Below are positions 41,969-57,941 of a stretch of DNA of 64,000 bases, in pieces; positions within the stretch are counted from its first letter, which is position 1, and each line of letters begins with the position of its first letter. Origin of the DNA: the human T2T-CHM13v2.0 reference genome, Homo sapiens. The stretch is taken from NCBI GenBank assembly GCA_009914755.4, contig CP068257.2:41056001-41120000 (forward strand). The letters are read 5' to 3'. The notes under the pieces were generated by a model. The model searched no databases. It saw nothing but the letters and a program-made list of their open reading frames with translations, and was not told where the DNA came from. Position numbers and translations under genes: made by a program.

Positions 41969-42184
41969 CACGTGCATGTAACCGCCACCACAATCAAGAC
42001 AGAGGACATTTCCATCACCCTAGAAAAATGTCCCCGTACCCCCTTCAAGGCAGTCCTCACTGTGGAGTGCTCTGCCTATTTTTGAGTTTCACGGAGTTGA
42101 AATCATACAGCACGAGCTCTTTGTGTCTGGACTCTTTCACTCAACATCATTTTTGTTTGTTTGTTTGTGTGTGTGTGCGTTTGT

Positions 42185-42355
42185 TTTTTGAGACAGGGTC
42201 TCACGCCTGTTGCCCAGGCTGGGGTGTGAGGCACAATCATGGCTCACTGCAGCCTCGACCTCCTGGGCTCAGGTGATCCTCCCACCTCAGCCTCCGAGTA
42301 GAGACATGTTGCCCACGCTGGTGTCGAACTCCTGGGCTAAAGCAATCCGCATCAT
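42185..42355 (-). mobile_element. Partial, internally deleted Alu (antisense)
   Basis: tttgttttttgagacagggtctcacgcctgttgcccaggctggggtgtgaggcacaatcatggctcactgcagcctcgacctcctgggctcaggtgatcctcccacctcagcctcc...gttgcccacgctggtgtcgaactcctgggctaaagcaatccgc. Confidence 0.6.
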
Positions 42356-42591
42356 GATGTTTGTAAGATCCATTCGTGCAGTTATTTCCTTTTGCACTGC
42401 TGAGCACTGCATGCCTCGCTCATTCATTCTTCTGTGGAGGGACATTTGGGTCATTTCCAGTTTAGGGTTCGGCTACTAGAATTATTGTACAAGTCTTATT
42501 GTGGGCATCCTTGTCCATGATCTTGGGTCCACCTAGGAGTTAAATGGCTGGCTCATATGCTGTGTTTGTTTAACTTAAGACTTACTTGTTA

Positions 42592-43039
<448 letters not shown>

Positions 43040-43194
43040 TTAGACATTCGAGTAGGTGTAAGAGCAATCCTATCTTCTTATAGTTTTAATTTGCATTTCC
43101 AAGTAACTTAATGATGTTGAACATGTTGCTATGTCTTATTGACTATTTGAATGTCATATTTTGTGTAGTGTCTGTTCAACAATACTTTGCTCAG

Positions 43195-43484
43195 GCCAGG
43201 TCCGGTGGCTCACGCCTGTAATCCTAGCTCTTTGGAAGGCCAAGGTGGGTGGATTACCTGCGGTCAAGAGTTCGAGACCAGCCTGACCAACATGGTGAAA
43301 CCTCCTCTCTACTAAAAATACAAAAATTAGCTGGGTGTGGTGGCAGGTGCCTGTAATCCCAGGTACTCGAGAGGCTGAGGCAGGAGAATCGCTTGAACCC
43401 AGGAGGTGGATGTTGCAGTAAGCTGAGATCGCGCCTTGCACTCCAGCCTGGGTGACAGAGCAAAAGCTGCATCTCAAAAAAAAT
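43195..43484 (+). mobile_element. Alu SINE (sense) nested in L1
   Basis: ggccaggtccggtggctcacgcctgtaatcctagctctttggaaggccaaggtgggtggattacctgcggtcaagagttcgagaccagcctgaccaacatggtgaaacctcctctctactaaaaatacaaaaattagctggg...gcatctcaaaaaaaa. Confidence 0.9.
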
Positions 43485-43745
43485 ATGTAAAAAGGATTTT
43501 GCTCATTTTTTAAGCTGGCTTGTATTATTTTTGTCACTGGTTTGTAGGAAACTCTACATAAGCTAGGATATAATTCATTTGTCAGATATATGTGGCAAAC
43601 ATTTTTCCCAATTTGTGATTTGCCTTTTTCGTTTTCTTAATGAGGTCATTTGATGAGCAGAGGTTTTTAATTTGGTGAATTCCATCCAATGTAACAAGTT
43701 TTTCTGTTGTGGTCAGTACTTCTTGTGTCTTCTCTAATAAGTTTT

Positions 43746-44068
43746 GTTTTTTTTTTTTTTTGAGACAAGGTTTCTTGTTGCCCAGGCTGGGGTGCAGCTG
43801 TGCGATAAGCTCACTGCAACCTCCGCCTCCCGGGTTCAAGTGATTCTCCTGCCTCAGGCTCCCGAGTAACTAGGATTACAGGCGTTTGCCACCACGCCTG
43901 GCTAATTTTTTTGTATTTTTAGTAGAGATGGGGTTTCACCATGTTGGCCAGGCTGGTCTTGAACTCCTGACCTCATGATCCACCCACCTCGGCCTCCCAA
44001 AGTGCTGAGCCACCGCACCAGGCCCCCCAAATTGCTAGGATTACAGGAGTGAGCCACCATGCCTGGCC
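43746..44068 (-). mobile_element. Alu SINE (antisense) nested in L1, with a ~25-bp internal duplication near its 5' end
   Basis: poly-T + gagacaaggtttcttgttgcccaggctggggtgcagctgtgcgataagctcactgcaacctccgcctcccgggttcaagtgattctcctgcc...cctcccaaagtgctgagccaccgcaccaggccccccaaattgctaggattacaggagtgagccaccatgcctggccc. Confidence 0.85.
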
Positions 44069-45469
44069 CTAATAATTTTTTTTATCCCAAGGTCATGGAG
44101 ATACATTTTAGAAGATTTAGAGTTATAGCTGTTATGTTTTTTCTTAATTTAAAGAAAATTTTTAACAACCCAATCTGTTGAGATGTTATGTTTTAATCTG
44201 TCATTCATTTCAAGTTAATGTTGTGTGTGTTGTGAAGTAGAGACTGCCATTCATTTTCTTCCCCACGCTGACACCCAGCTGTTACTGCACCACTTGTTAA
44301 AAAGACTCCTTTTCCCGCTGAATCCATGGCTCCTTTGTTGAAAGTTAATGGTATCTCTGTGTTTGGGCCTCTCGCTGAACTCTGTTCTGCTTCATTGATC
44401 TATTTGTCTATCCTCACACCAACACCACACTGGCTACGTTACTGTGCCCTGGAATCAGGTACTCTAAGTTCTCCATGTGTTCTTCCTCTGCATTTGTTTT
44501 GACTGTATAGGTTCTTTTCTTTTCCCTACAAATTTTAGGATCAACTTGTCAATTTCAAAAAAAAAAGCCATCTATGACTTTGATTACTATTTTATTTACT
44601 ATATAATTTGGGGAGGGTAGTGTCTTAACCATACTGAGTCTTCCAACCCATGAACATGATACATCCCTCCACTTATTTAGGTCTCATTTAACTTCTCAAA
44701 AGGTTATGGCTTTCAAGATAAAGGTCCTTCATGTCTTCGGTTAACTTTACTCCAAAGTGTTTTCTGTTTTCTGGTTTTATTGTGAATAAGATTTCATTAA
44801 TTTTCCAATTGTTTGCTGCTAGTTTATAAAAATATAATAGATTTTTGGATGTTGGCGTTGGATCCTGTGAATTTGCTTAATTCATTGGTTAGTTCTAGTT
44901 GTTGTTTTATAGGTTCCTATAATTGTCCACAGAGACAATCATGACATCTAAGAATAATGACAGTTTTAATTATTGCATTCCAATTTTTGGCTTTTATTTC
45001 TTTTACTTGTCTTGTTGTACTAGTTGAAACTGCAATACAGTTAAATAAAAGTGAGAGCAGACGTCCTCGCCTTGTTCCCAATCTTAGAGGAGATGCCTTC
45101 GGTCTCTCACCATTACATACGATGTTAGCCACAGATTTTTTTGTGGATGCCTTTCATAAGGTTGGAAGTCCCCGTCTAATGTTAGTTTTCTGAGAGTTTT
45201 TTGTCTCATGTTCTTTGACAAAATTCTTTGTTAACTTTTATCAAATGTTCTCTCTACAGCTACTGAGGTGGGTTGAGGAGGTGTCCTCTTTTTCCTTGTT
45301 TTCTAATGGTTTTGTCCCATAAAGAGGTATTGGATTTTGTTCCAGTACCTTTCTGCATCTATGGGATGAGCATACATATGGTTTTTCTGCTTTATTCTAT
45401 TAAGATAATGAATAATACTGATTGATTTTCAAATGTTAAAACCACTTTGCTTTCCTAGGGTAAATGCAC

Positions 45470-45560
45470 TTATATTTCCAGGAAATGTTCCTAGGAAATT
45501 TCCTGGGGTAAACTCACTTGTATTTCCAGGAAATATTTCCAGGAAAATACTTGGGAATAA
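45470..45560. repeat. Local low-complexity repeat of the palindromic word TTTCCAGGAAAT (3-4 copies)
   Basis: cttatatttccaggaaatgttcctaggaaatttcctggggtaaactcacttgtatttccaggaaatatttccaggaaaatacttgg. Confidence 0.75.
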
Positions 45561-45619
45561 ATGTAACAAAGTATATGTAGGCCCTCTCCCTGGTGTGTTT
45601 GCTTTTTATGTATTGACTT

Positions 45620-45921
<302 letters not shown>

Positions 45922-46333
45922 GCTTTTCATGTATTGCTAGATTTGATTTCCTAACAATTCGTTAAGAATGTGGCTGTCTATGCTTAAATGGGATATTGAT
46001 TTGTAATTTTTTTTCTTGCAGTGTCTTTGTCATGTTTTGATATTGGCCCTATAGTGGCCTCATAAAACACATTGGGAAGTTTACTTTCTTCTGTATTTTC
46101 TGAAAGATTTTATGTAATTTTGGTATTATTTTGTCCTATGTCCCTTTACACTTAATGTATTTGGGTTTTTTGTGTGTGTCTTTTTAATAGTTAATAACAA
46201 TGTATTTTATTCTTGAAAATCACTGAGAGTACATTTTGCATTCTCACCACAAAAAAAAACTATGTGGCATAATGTGTATGTTAATTCACTTGATTTAGCC
46301 ATTCTACAATGTATATATTTCAAAACATCATCT

Positions 46334-46805
<472 letters not shown>

Positions 46806-46894
46806 CCAACTTTTATTTTACGTACAGATCTAAACGTATCACATGCAGGTTTGTTATGTGGTGTGTCGCACCCAGATGGTGAGCAGAGCCCCCA

Positions 46895-47360
46895 AGTCTT
46901 TGTTGATATGGTTGGGGTTAGCTCTCCCAGTCTTTGTTCATATGGTTGGGGTTGGCTCTACCAGTCTTTGTTCATATGGTTGGGGTTAGCTCTACCAGTC
47001 TTTATTGATATGGTTGAGGTTAGCTCTACCAGTCTTTGTCGACATGGTTTGGGTTAGCTCTACCAGTCTTTGTCGATATGGTTGGGGTTAGCTCTACCAG
47101 TCTTTGTTGATATGGTTGGGGTTAGCTCTACCAGTCTTTGTTGATTAGCTCTCCCAGTCTTTGTTGATATGGTTGGGGTTAGCTCTACCAGTCTTTGTTC
47201 ATATGGTTGGGGTTAGCTCTACCAGTCTTTGTTGATATGGTTGAGGTTAGCTCTACCAGTCTTTGTTGATATGGTTGGGGTTAGCTCTACCAGTCTTTGT
47301 TCATATGGTTGGGGTTAGCTCTACCAGCCTTTGTTCATATGGTTGGGGTTAGCTCTACCA
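46895..47360. repeat. Minisatellite D: ~14 tandem copies of a 34-bp unit (gtctttgttgatatggttggggttagctctacca)
   Basis: Direct reading: ...agtctttgttgatatggttggggttagctctcccagtctttgttcatatggttggggttggctctaccagtctttgttcatatggttggggttagctctaccag... One unit (47131-47160) is truncated. Confidence 0.92.
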
Positions 47361-47698
47361 CGTTGCTATTTGCTGTTTCTTGATCTTGGGTTTTGTTTTT
47401 CTGTTCCTCCTTTTCTGCCTTCTCCTGTGTTAATTGAATAAATTTTTGTTTTCCATTTTATTCCTTCTGCTGACTCTTTAGCTGTCTCTTTTTGCATTAT
47501 TTTTCCTCGGCTGTTGTAAGTGTTACAATATGCATCTTTACTTTTTTTTTTTTTTTTTTTTTACAATTGATAGACTTTGTTTTTTAGATTCACGGCAAAA
47601 TTGAGTGAAAAGTGTGGAGCTCCCACATGTTCCCCCCACACACAGACATTCAGCCTCTGCCACCGTCAACGTCCTGCATCAGATTGTATATTGGTTAC

Positions 47699-47991
47699 AG
47701 CCGGGCGCACTGGCTCACGCCTGTAATCACAGCACTTTGAGAGGCCAAGGCAGGCAGATCACTGGAGGTCAGGAGTTCAAGACCAGACTGGCCAACATGG
47801 TGAAACCCTGTCTCTACTAAAAATATAAAAATTAGCCAGGCGTCATGGCGCACACCTGTAATGCCAACTACTTGGCAGGGGAATCGCTTGAATCCGGAAG
47901 GCGGAGGTTGCAGTGAGCTGAGATTGCATCACTGCACTCCAGCCTGGGCGACAGAGAGAGACTCTGTCTCCAGACAAAAGAAAAAAAAAAG
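47699..47991 (+). mobile_element. Alu SINE (sense) nested in L1, 17-bp TSD
   Basis: agccgggcgcactggctcacgcctgtaatcacagcactttgagaggccaaggcaggcagatcactggaggtcaggagttcaagaccagactggccaacatggtgaaaccctgtctctactaaaaatataaaaattagccagg...ctgtctccagacaaaagaaaaaaaaaag. TSD ga(t/c)tgta(t/c)attggttaca at 47682-47698 and 47991-48008. Confidence 0.9.
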
Positions 47992-48069
47992 ACTGTACAT
48001 TGGTTACAATCAGTGAACCAACATTGACATATCCTTATCAGCCAAAGTCTATATTCCACCTCAGAATTC

Positions 48070-48235
48070 ACTCTCAGGGCTGTACATTCCCTGGGTTTGG
48101 ACAAATATATGATGACCTGTGTGTCCCATCCCAGTCTCAGACAGAATCGGTTCTCTCAGGGCTGTACATTCCCTGGGTTTGGACAAATATATGATGACCT
48201 GTGTGTCCCATCCCAGTCTCAGACAGAATCGGTTC
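48070..48235. repeat. 83-bp perfect tandem duplication (2 copies) inside the L1 body
   Basis: ctctcagggctgtacattccctgggtttggacaaatatatgatgacctgtgtgtcccatcccagtctcagacagaatcggtt occurs at 48070-48152 and again at 48153-48235. ORFs 48097.. and 48119.. are artefacts of it. Confidence 0.9.
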
Positions 48236-48977
48236 ACTGCCTTCAAAACCCCCTGTGCGCCACCTATTCATCCCTCCCGCCCCAAGCCCCAGATCTTTTT
48301 ACTGTCTCCATAGTTTGGCCTTTTCCAGAATGTCACATAGTTGGAGTCATACAGAATAAAGCCTCTTCAGGTTTTCTTTCACTTACTAATATGTCTTTAA
48401 GATTCTTTTATGCCTTTTCCCGGCATCTTAGCATTGAAGCATATTCCATGGTCTGTATGTATCACAGTTTATTTGCCCACTCACCTATTGAAGAGCATCT
48501 TGGTTGCTTCCAGGTTTGGGCAGTTATGAATAAAGCTGCCATAAATATTTGTGCACAAGTTTTTGTGTGCACATAAGATTTTAACACATTTGGATAAATA
48601 CCAAGAAGCACAATTGCTGGATCTTTTGGTAACAGCATGTTTAGTTTTGTAAGAAGCTGCCAAACGGTCTTCCAAAGTGACTGGGCCATTTTGCACTCCC
48701 AGCAGCAATGAACGAGCATTCCTGCCGCTCCACATCCTCCCCAGCTTTTGTGTTTCAGTGTCTTGGATTTTCACCACTCTGATAGGTGTATTGCAGTATC
48801 TTCTTCTTGTTTTATTTTGCAATTCCCTAGTGACATATCATGATAAGCATCTTCTCATATGCCTGCTTTCCATCTGCATGTCTTCTTTGAGGTGTCTGTT
48901 CATATCTTTTGGCCACTTTTAATCATCCTGAACTTTTCACAATCTATTTAGAATTAATACTGTACCGCCTCACATAA

Positions 48978-49437
<460 letters not shown>

Positions 49438-49654
49438 TAGTTGTTTTCTGAAGAAATTATGAAAATAAACTTCCAGATAGTTTTTTAATAGTTGCCTATA
49501 TATTTGCCATTTCTGATGTTTTTATTTCTTCTCAACTTCCAACTTATATTATATCCCTTCACTCTAAAGCATTTCTTTTTTCTTTTAATGTTTCTTGCAG
49601 TGCATATCTGCTAGTAACTAATTCTCTCAGCTTTTGCTGATTGGAACATGCCTT

Positions 49655-50048
<394 letters not shown>

Positions 50049-50257
50049 GCAAGGAACATGCCTTTATTTTGCCTTCATTGTGAAGGATGAGTTTTCATGG
50101 TGTGGAATTCTGCATTCACAGTTTGTTTTCTTTAAGAAGCTTAAAGATGTTGACTCACTTTCTTTCTGGCCTCCATTGTTTCTGATGAGAAGTCAGCTTA
50201 ATTTGATCATTATTCCTCTGTATGAAGTGTGTCTTTCTTCTCTGGCTGCTTTCTTTG

Positions 50258-50572
50258 GGGGTTTTTTGTTTGTTTGTTTGTTTGTTTGTTTGTTTTGTTT
50301 TGTTTTTGAGATGGAGTTTTTGCTCTGTTGCCCAGGCTAGAGTGCAGTGGTGCGATCTCGGCTCACTGCAACCTCCGCCTCCTGATTCTCCTGCCTCAGC
50401 CTCCAAGTAGCTGGGATTGCAGGTGCCCGCCACCAGGCCCAACTAATTTTTAGTAGAGACAGGATTTCACCATGTTGGCCAGGCTGGTCTCGAACTCTTG
50501 ACCTCAGGTGATCCACCCACCTCGGGCTCCCAAAGTGCTAGGATTACAGGCGTGAGCCACTGTGCCCAGGCC
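50258..50572 (-). mobile_element. Alu SINE (antisense) with (TTTG)n-modified tail, nested in L1, TSD ctctggctg(c/t)tttc
   Basis: gttttttgtttgtttgtttgtttgtttgttttgttttgtttttgagatggagtttttgctctgttgcccaggctagagtgcagtggtgcgatctcggctcactgcaacctccgcctcctgattctcctgcc...aggattacaggcgtgagccactgtgcccaggcc. Confidence 0.9.
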
Positions 50573-51723
50573 TCTGGCTGTTTTCAAGCTGTTGATTTCT
50601 TTCCTTTATCTTTAGGTTTCAGCAGTTGGACTATGATGTGCTTCAGTCTCATTTTCTTCTTATTTATCCTTCTTCATGTTCATTGAGCTTCCATGGACTA
50701 TGAATTTACCTTTTCAGCAAATTTGCAAAATTGTCAGCCATTACATGTTATATGTGCCATTCTTTCTCACTAATGACCTGTATGTTAGAAAGTTTGCTGT
50801 TGTCTTTCAAGTGACTGCAGCTTTGCGGTTTTTTATAATCTTTTTTTTCTTTGCCCTTCAAATTGGGTAATTTCTGTTGATCTGTCCTTGATTTCCCTGA
50901 CTCTTCCACTGACTCCAGACTTCTGTAAGTTGATCCATGAAGTTTTTTTTTGTTTAGGATATTATATTTTAAAATTCTAAAATTTGCACTTGACTCTTGT
51001 TCATAGATTTGTCTCTCGAGACTCCCCTCTGTTTACGATTTACTGACGCCGCTTTTGTTTCGGTGTTTGCACGTACCTGCAATTGCTGCATTAAAGTCTC
51101 GTTTGCTCATTTTGGCATCTGAGCCGGCAAGCGTCCAGGGTGTCTGAGGGATGATTTTCTCTTGGCCATGGGTCACATTTTCCTATTTCTTTGCATGTCT
51201 ATTTTTTATTGTAGACTAAGATTATGAATAACACCTAGGAGAGACATTGGATTTTGTTATCATCCTCTGAAGAGTGTTAATTTTGCTCCAGCAGTCAGTT
51301 CCGTTACTGACTGATCATCTGAACTTCGTGCAGCCTGGTTTTATGCTTTGTTGGGGTAGATCTCTAGACTGACCCTTCTGTGGTTTTAGTAGGAAGCCTG
51401 AGGTATTTATCAAGCCTCTCTAACTCGACTACATTTAAACTCCAAACTTTGTCTCCTCCACAGCAGGAGCTGAAACCTCTGCCACACTAGGCCCACAAAC
51501 ATGCGTCATTCAGGGATCCACCAAGGAACAGGGTAGTTTATACAGAATTTGGGTCCCACTGCCATGGCCTCCTCCTTTGGGAACTCTCCTTTCCATTTCC
51601 ATCCTCTCTGACAACCTAAAACTGTGTCATCTGACGCTTCAACCTGGAACTTTCTGCTTAAGTTTTAGCCATCTACATTATAAGGGCACTTTATAGCAAG
51701 AAATAGAATATTATTCCATTCTA

Positions 51724-52032
51724 GGCCAAGTACAGTGGCTCACACCTGACATCTCAGCACTTTGGGAGGCCGAGGTGGGTGGATCAACTGAGGTCAGGAG
51801 TTTGAAACCAGCCTGGCCAACATGGTGAAATCCTGTCTCTTCTAAAAAAAATTTTGAAAAAATTAGCCGGGTGTGGTGGCGCATACCTGTAATCCCAGCT
51901 ACTCAGGAGGCTGAGGCAGGAGAATCCCTTGAACCTGGGAGCCAGAGGTTGCAGTGAGCCGAGATGGCGCCACTGCCCTCCAGCCTGGGTGACAGAGTGA
52001 GAGTCTGTCTCAAAAATAAAAAAAAAAAAAAG
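51724..52032 (+). mobile_element. Alu SINE (sense)
   Basis: ggccaagtacagtggctcacacctgacatctcagcactttgggaggccgaggtgggtggatcaactgaggtcaggagtttgaaaccagcctggccaacatggtgaaatcctgtctcttctaaaaaaaattttgaaaaaattagccggg...gagtctgtctcaaaaataaaaaaaaaaaaa. Confidence 0.9.
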
Positions 52033-52517
52033 AAATATTCCTTCGTTCTTTTATAGGAGCATAGTACTTCATTTTGTAGATGTACTATTGTGTATCCTAC
52101 TGATAGATACTTGTGTTGCTTCCAGTCTTGTTTTTACAGCGATCAGATGGTTCTTCTTAATTTCTCTTGCTACAAATGTTGCTGCTGTGTACAACCTGTT
52201 AAAGTCCACAGATGGAGTAAAAGCTTTGGTTTGCAAAAATGACTCAATCTTTACAAACATTCTGTCATTTGTACCATAATCAATTAGTTTATTGGATCAC
52301 AGAATTGCCTGACAGAATCCTTCCTGGAACTAGTCTATGGGGTCATTTGGCATAGAGTCAAAGCCTCAGACACGATAAGCCAGAGTTGATTTCCTTTGGC
52401 TTCACATAATTAAACTTTCCCAGAGGATTATCAGGTTACAGTGACACACACACAGGCTGTCAGATAATGGACAAAGTCCCAGCAGCGTGTACAACCAGCT
52501 GGTGGCTCCCAAATTCA

Positions 52518-53549
<1,032 letters not shown>

Positions 53550-54325
53550 CTAATCCTAAGGAAGAGAGGAGGGCAGGGGGAGAAATTGCACCCAGTCAAA
53601 TGTAAACGATACAAAACGTGAAATTCCCCTCTCTGAAAATGAAAGGGAAAAAACTCGATTCAATGCCTGCCCCTGAGGTGAACCTGAAATGACAAGGCAG
53701 ACACTCTCCAGAACTTCACGTTTGGCCACCAGGGTCTTCAGTTGATTTTCCTTTCTTCGTCATATCTGAGTGGCTGAAACGCCAGTGATCTGGGATAGTC
53801 CTTTGGCTGCTGATAGACTTATGCAATCCCTTGGCAGGCAGGACAGGCCAGAGGAAGGGATCCTGTGCCTTTAAGGTCACTGTTAATCTTGTAACTTTAT
53901 TGTGTTCCTGGGCTATAAAGGAAATGTCGTCCTTGATCTGAATGTCTGTTTTATGATGTCCATAAACAGTGAATTGCCAGTGACTGTACCCTGAGTGAGA
54001 ACATCCTCAGCCAGTTGAATAGTTCAAGGGCAGTTGCAGGGGTCAGGAGAGAGCAAAAGTGGGACAGAAGATGAGTTTGCTTCCCAGGAAGAGAGACAGT
54101 GCCACCCCACCCCTCGCTGACAGGGAAGCCTTCCAGCCCTTCCTCCGAAGAGCCTTGGCTCTCAGGGGTCGGAGGTTGGACAAGAGCAGAAATAAAGGCA
54201 CCCTGCCCCCACCCCCCACAATCTTCCGGACGTCTAGAGTGCTTATCTCTTTGGGGGCAAGTAATGTGAATTATTTTCCCTAATGCAAAAATAAAAAATA
54301 AGAGACCCCTTTTACCCTTTTCTGA

Positions 54326-54644
<319 letters not shown>

Positions 54645-57530
54645 AGCAGAGGTATTTTTTCTAATACTTGAGAAGTGTCTGCTAAGTATGTATTCACCGG
54701 AGGGTGCTCAGCACCTCGCCCTGTTGCTCTGGGTTGGGACTAACAAGGTGAAACATGGCTCATTGCATCATATTAATAGCATGCAAATCTAAGCCCAGTG
54801 ATGCCGTGCAATGGCTACGATCAAGGGCAATAGAATGGATCGTGCATGAGCTCCCAGGCCACACACACACGCCCTTGTGATGTATTATTCCCTCTACTCT
54901 TGCAGGTCGGTGCTTGGGATGCTAGTGCCCAAGCTGATGTTCCTAGGTCACCTCCCTCAATGCATGGGTCTAGGGGCCAGCATGTTCTATTGCTAGGGCC
55001 ATGTGTGCATTCGTTTGCCTAGGGGAGAAAAGTACACATTCCCATCAGCTCAGGTGCGTGGAGGACGGAAGAACTGCTGTTGCTGCTAGTATTCTCTTCA
55101 GCACAAGATAAAAAGGAGATAGGCAAATCAGCTGGCTGGCCAATCAAATTAACTTATTGTTACACTAATTTTTAGAATCAGAATTATGGGTCAGGCTGTG
55201 CTAGCAATCAGTGAAATCAAATTTCATGTCATTCTGCGCTGGGTAGACTCAGGATTTGCCTGAAACAAGTAAACAATTCCTGGAAGAAGTGGGCGAGGCA
55301 GAGGCTTGAACTATCCACTCAGACCAAGGAGGAGTCAGGCAATGGCTTCTGGGCATCGTGTGGGGTGGGGGCAGCCCCTGCCCTGGACACCCGTGAACAC
55401 GGAGGCAGCCGTGTGAACACCATGAGGCAGGGTGTCCATCCTGCCACCCACACAGCTGCGTCCTGCCCAGGAATGAGGCTGGCAGCCCATAGGCCCCTCC
55501 TCGGTCCCTCTAGAGGTTTGCTTCATTCCAGTACCCTTGGTTCTGTCAAGTGGGCAGGGCCTGGGCCCCTCTGCTGCAAACCCATGGCCCAAAGCGGACC
55601 TGATCCGGCAGCATCTAAAAACAGGACCCGGAGAATCTGCTGGACTCCAGGATTGCCCTGGAACAAACCTAAAGTCTCCTATGACATGCAAACAATTCTG
55701 CCAGCCCCGGCCAGCATTCCCTGCATGTGCTTATCAAGTGAGGAGGCCAGCAGGACTTAGCACCCAGGTGAGCACACTTCATTGAGTCCAGGTGTGTGCA
55801 GATGAGAAGCAGCCAGGAGTTGAGGCTGAAGAGGAGCCTACCTAAACCTGTCATTACAACTGATTGATCCTTGGTGTAGTCAAATCTTCTGCCTTTATGA
55901 AAGTCATGGTATCTAGAGGTAAATCCCCATCAGCTTGGAGCAGCACCATGAAATCCACTCTAGCATGCAGACTCGGGGGCACTTTTAGATATTCTATTGG
56001 TTGTTCTTGGGGGACAGCTTCCTTTGGAGAACATGTGAGTTGTCTGTGAATATCAGCTTGCTCTCCCTAGGTTTCCATCACATGGATCAGCGAGAGTTAA
56101 TGCTGACTCCCCCTCCCTCGGGGGCTTATTTGCAATCTCCCGATTTGCTCAAAAACTTCCAGGTCCAGAGGGACCCTAAAGACCCTGTCATGTCCCCCTG
56201 TGAATTACCAGCATCCCAGGCCATTGCTGGGTTTTCTTAAAACTATTAAGACACTATCAACGTGAAATGACTTGAATAGGCTTTAATTTTTAAAATTCAT
56301 TATACGTCCTGCAGCATTTAGGAAAAAGAGGGAGGTGTCACACATAATATCAAATTTGGCTGACACAAGGTGATTTTGCCACGAAGGTTGGGAAGGATGA
56401 ACATTTGCAATTGAAAACTGTTTGTTGCCCCCAGAATCCAGCGGTTTCAGGCTCTCTGAGGATTCCAGAGGTGCTAGAGGGGGTAAGGCCACATTCAGGT
56501 GGTGCAGGTGGGATTCACCCCTTCACAGCCTGGAGGTGGTGCCCGGAGCGCACCCTGTCACCCCAAGGATGATGACACCCCAGGGAAGGTGGTGGAAGCA
56601 GGAAGGGGAGGTCAGAGGAAAACTGGGGCCCTCAGTGGGCATCCGTGATGCGGAAACACTAATAATGCCAACAGCAATAGCAGAGGCAGGCAGGGCTTAC
56701 GTGGCCAGGGCTGGGCTGGTGCTGTCCTGAGCACTTGACATGCATGAAATCACAGTTGTTTTAAGTTCTGAACTCCCCTGGGAGGAAACTGTGGCCACAG
56801 CAGGAATTCCAATGATTCTAGGGTCAGGAGAGGAGGCACCCACTTCCTGATCAGGGCTCTGTTTGTGGATGCGTGGGTGTGGTTGGCCTTTGTGCACACT
56901 GGCGGTTTTGCTTCTTTCCCCCAGCAAAAGAATGCAGATTTTGCATTATCTAAAGAGGCGGTTCCGTGAGCCCACTGTGCTGAGTCACATATATTCCATC
57001 GGTGTAAGTACCACCACCTGGGCAGTGCCCCTGGAGTGTTCTCACTGGGAGCGCAGCTTTGTGTCTGTACCCTTCCTGAGAATAGCTGACATGCTGGCCT
57101 GGGTGGCGCATTGGCCGAGGTGTGGCTATGACAGACCAGGATACCAGCATCTGCCCCAGCACTGAACTGAGCACACCACAGAAGGTGTGGACAGAGTGGC
57201 ATGAAACATGACAGCTGCTTGTGCTCGAAATTAGATGTAGCCACACAAATCCTGTCGTGCTCAAAGGGTTCCATCTCCAAAGTCCAAAGGAAAACTCTTC
57301 CTTAACTGTTATTCCATTCTGTCTATACATTTCTTATTTTGAAGCAAGGATAGGTTCACACGCTGCTGTAATGATGCATGCAGAGAAAGCCCACTCATGG
57401 CCCGGTTTCTCCCAGTGGTGACATCTTGCAAAACTCTAGCACAATGTCACAGCCTGGCATTGACCGTGACACGGTCCAGATCCGGAACATGGCGTCCCCC
57501 ACAAGGATCCCACCTGCCGCTCTTTAATAG

Positions 57531-57941
<411 letters not shown>

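Noticed and set aside
48097-48576. 159-aa + strand ORF
   Set aside because: It begins inside the 83-bp tandem duplication and runs through antisense L1 ORF2 sequence. It is an artefact of duplicated repeat DNA.
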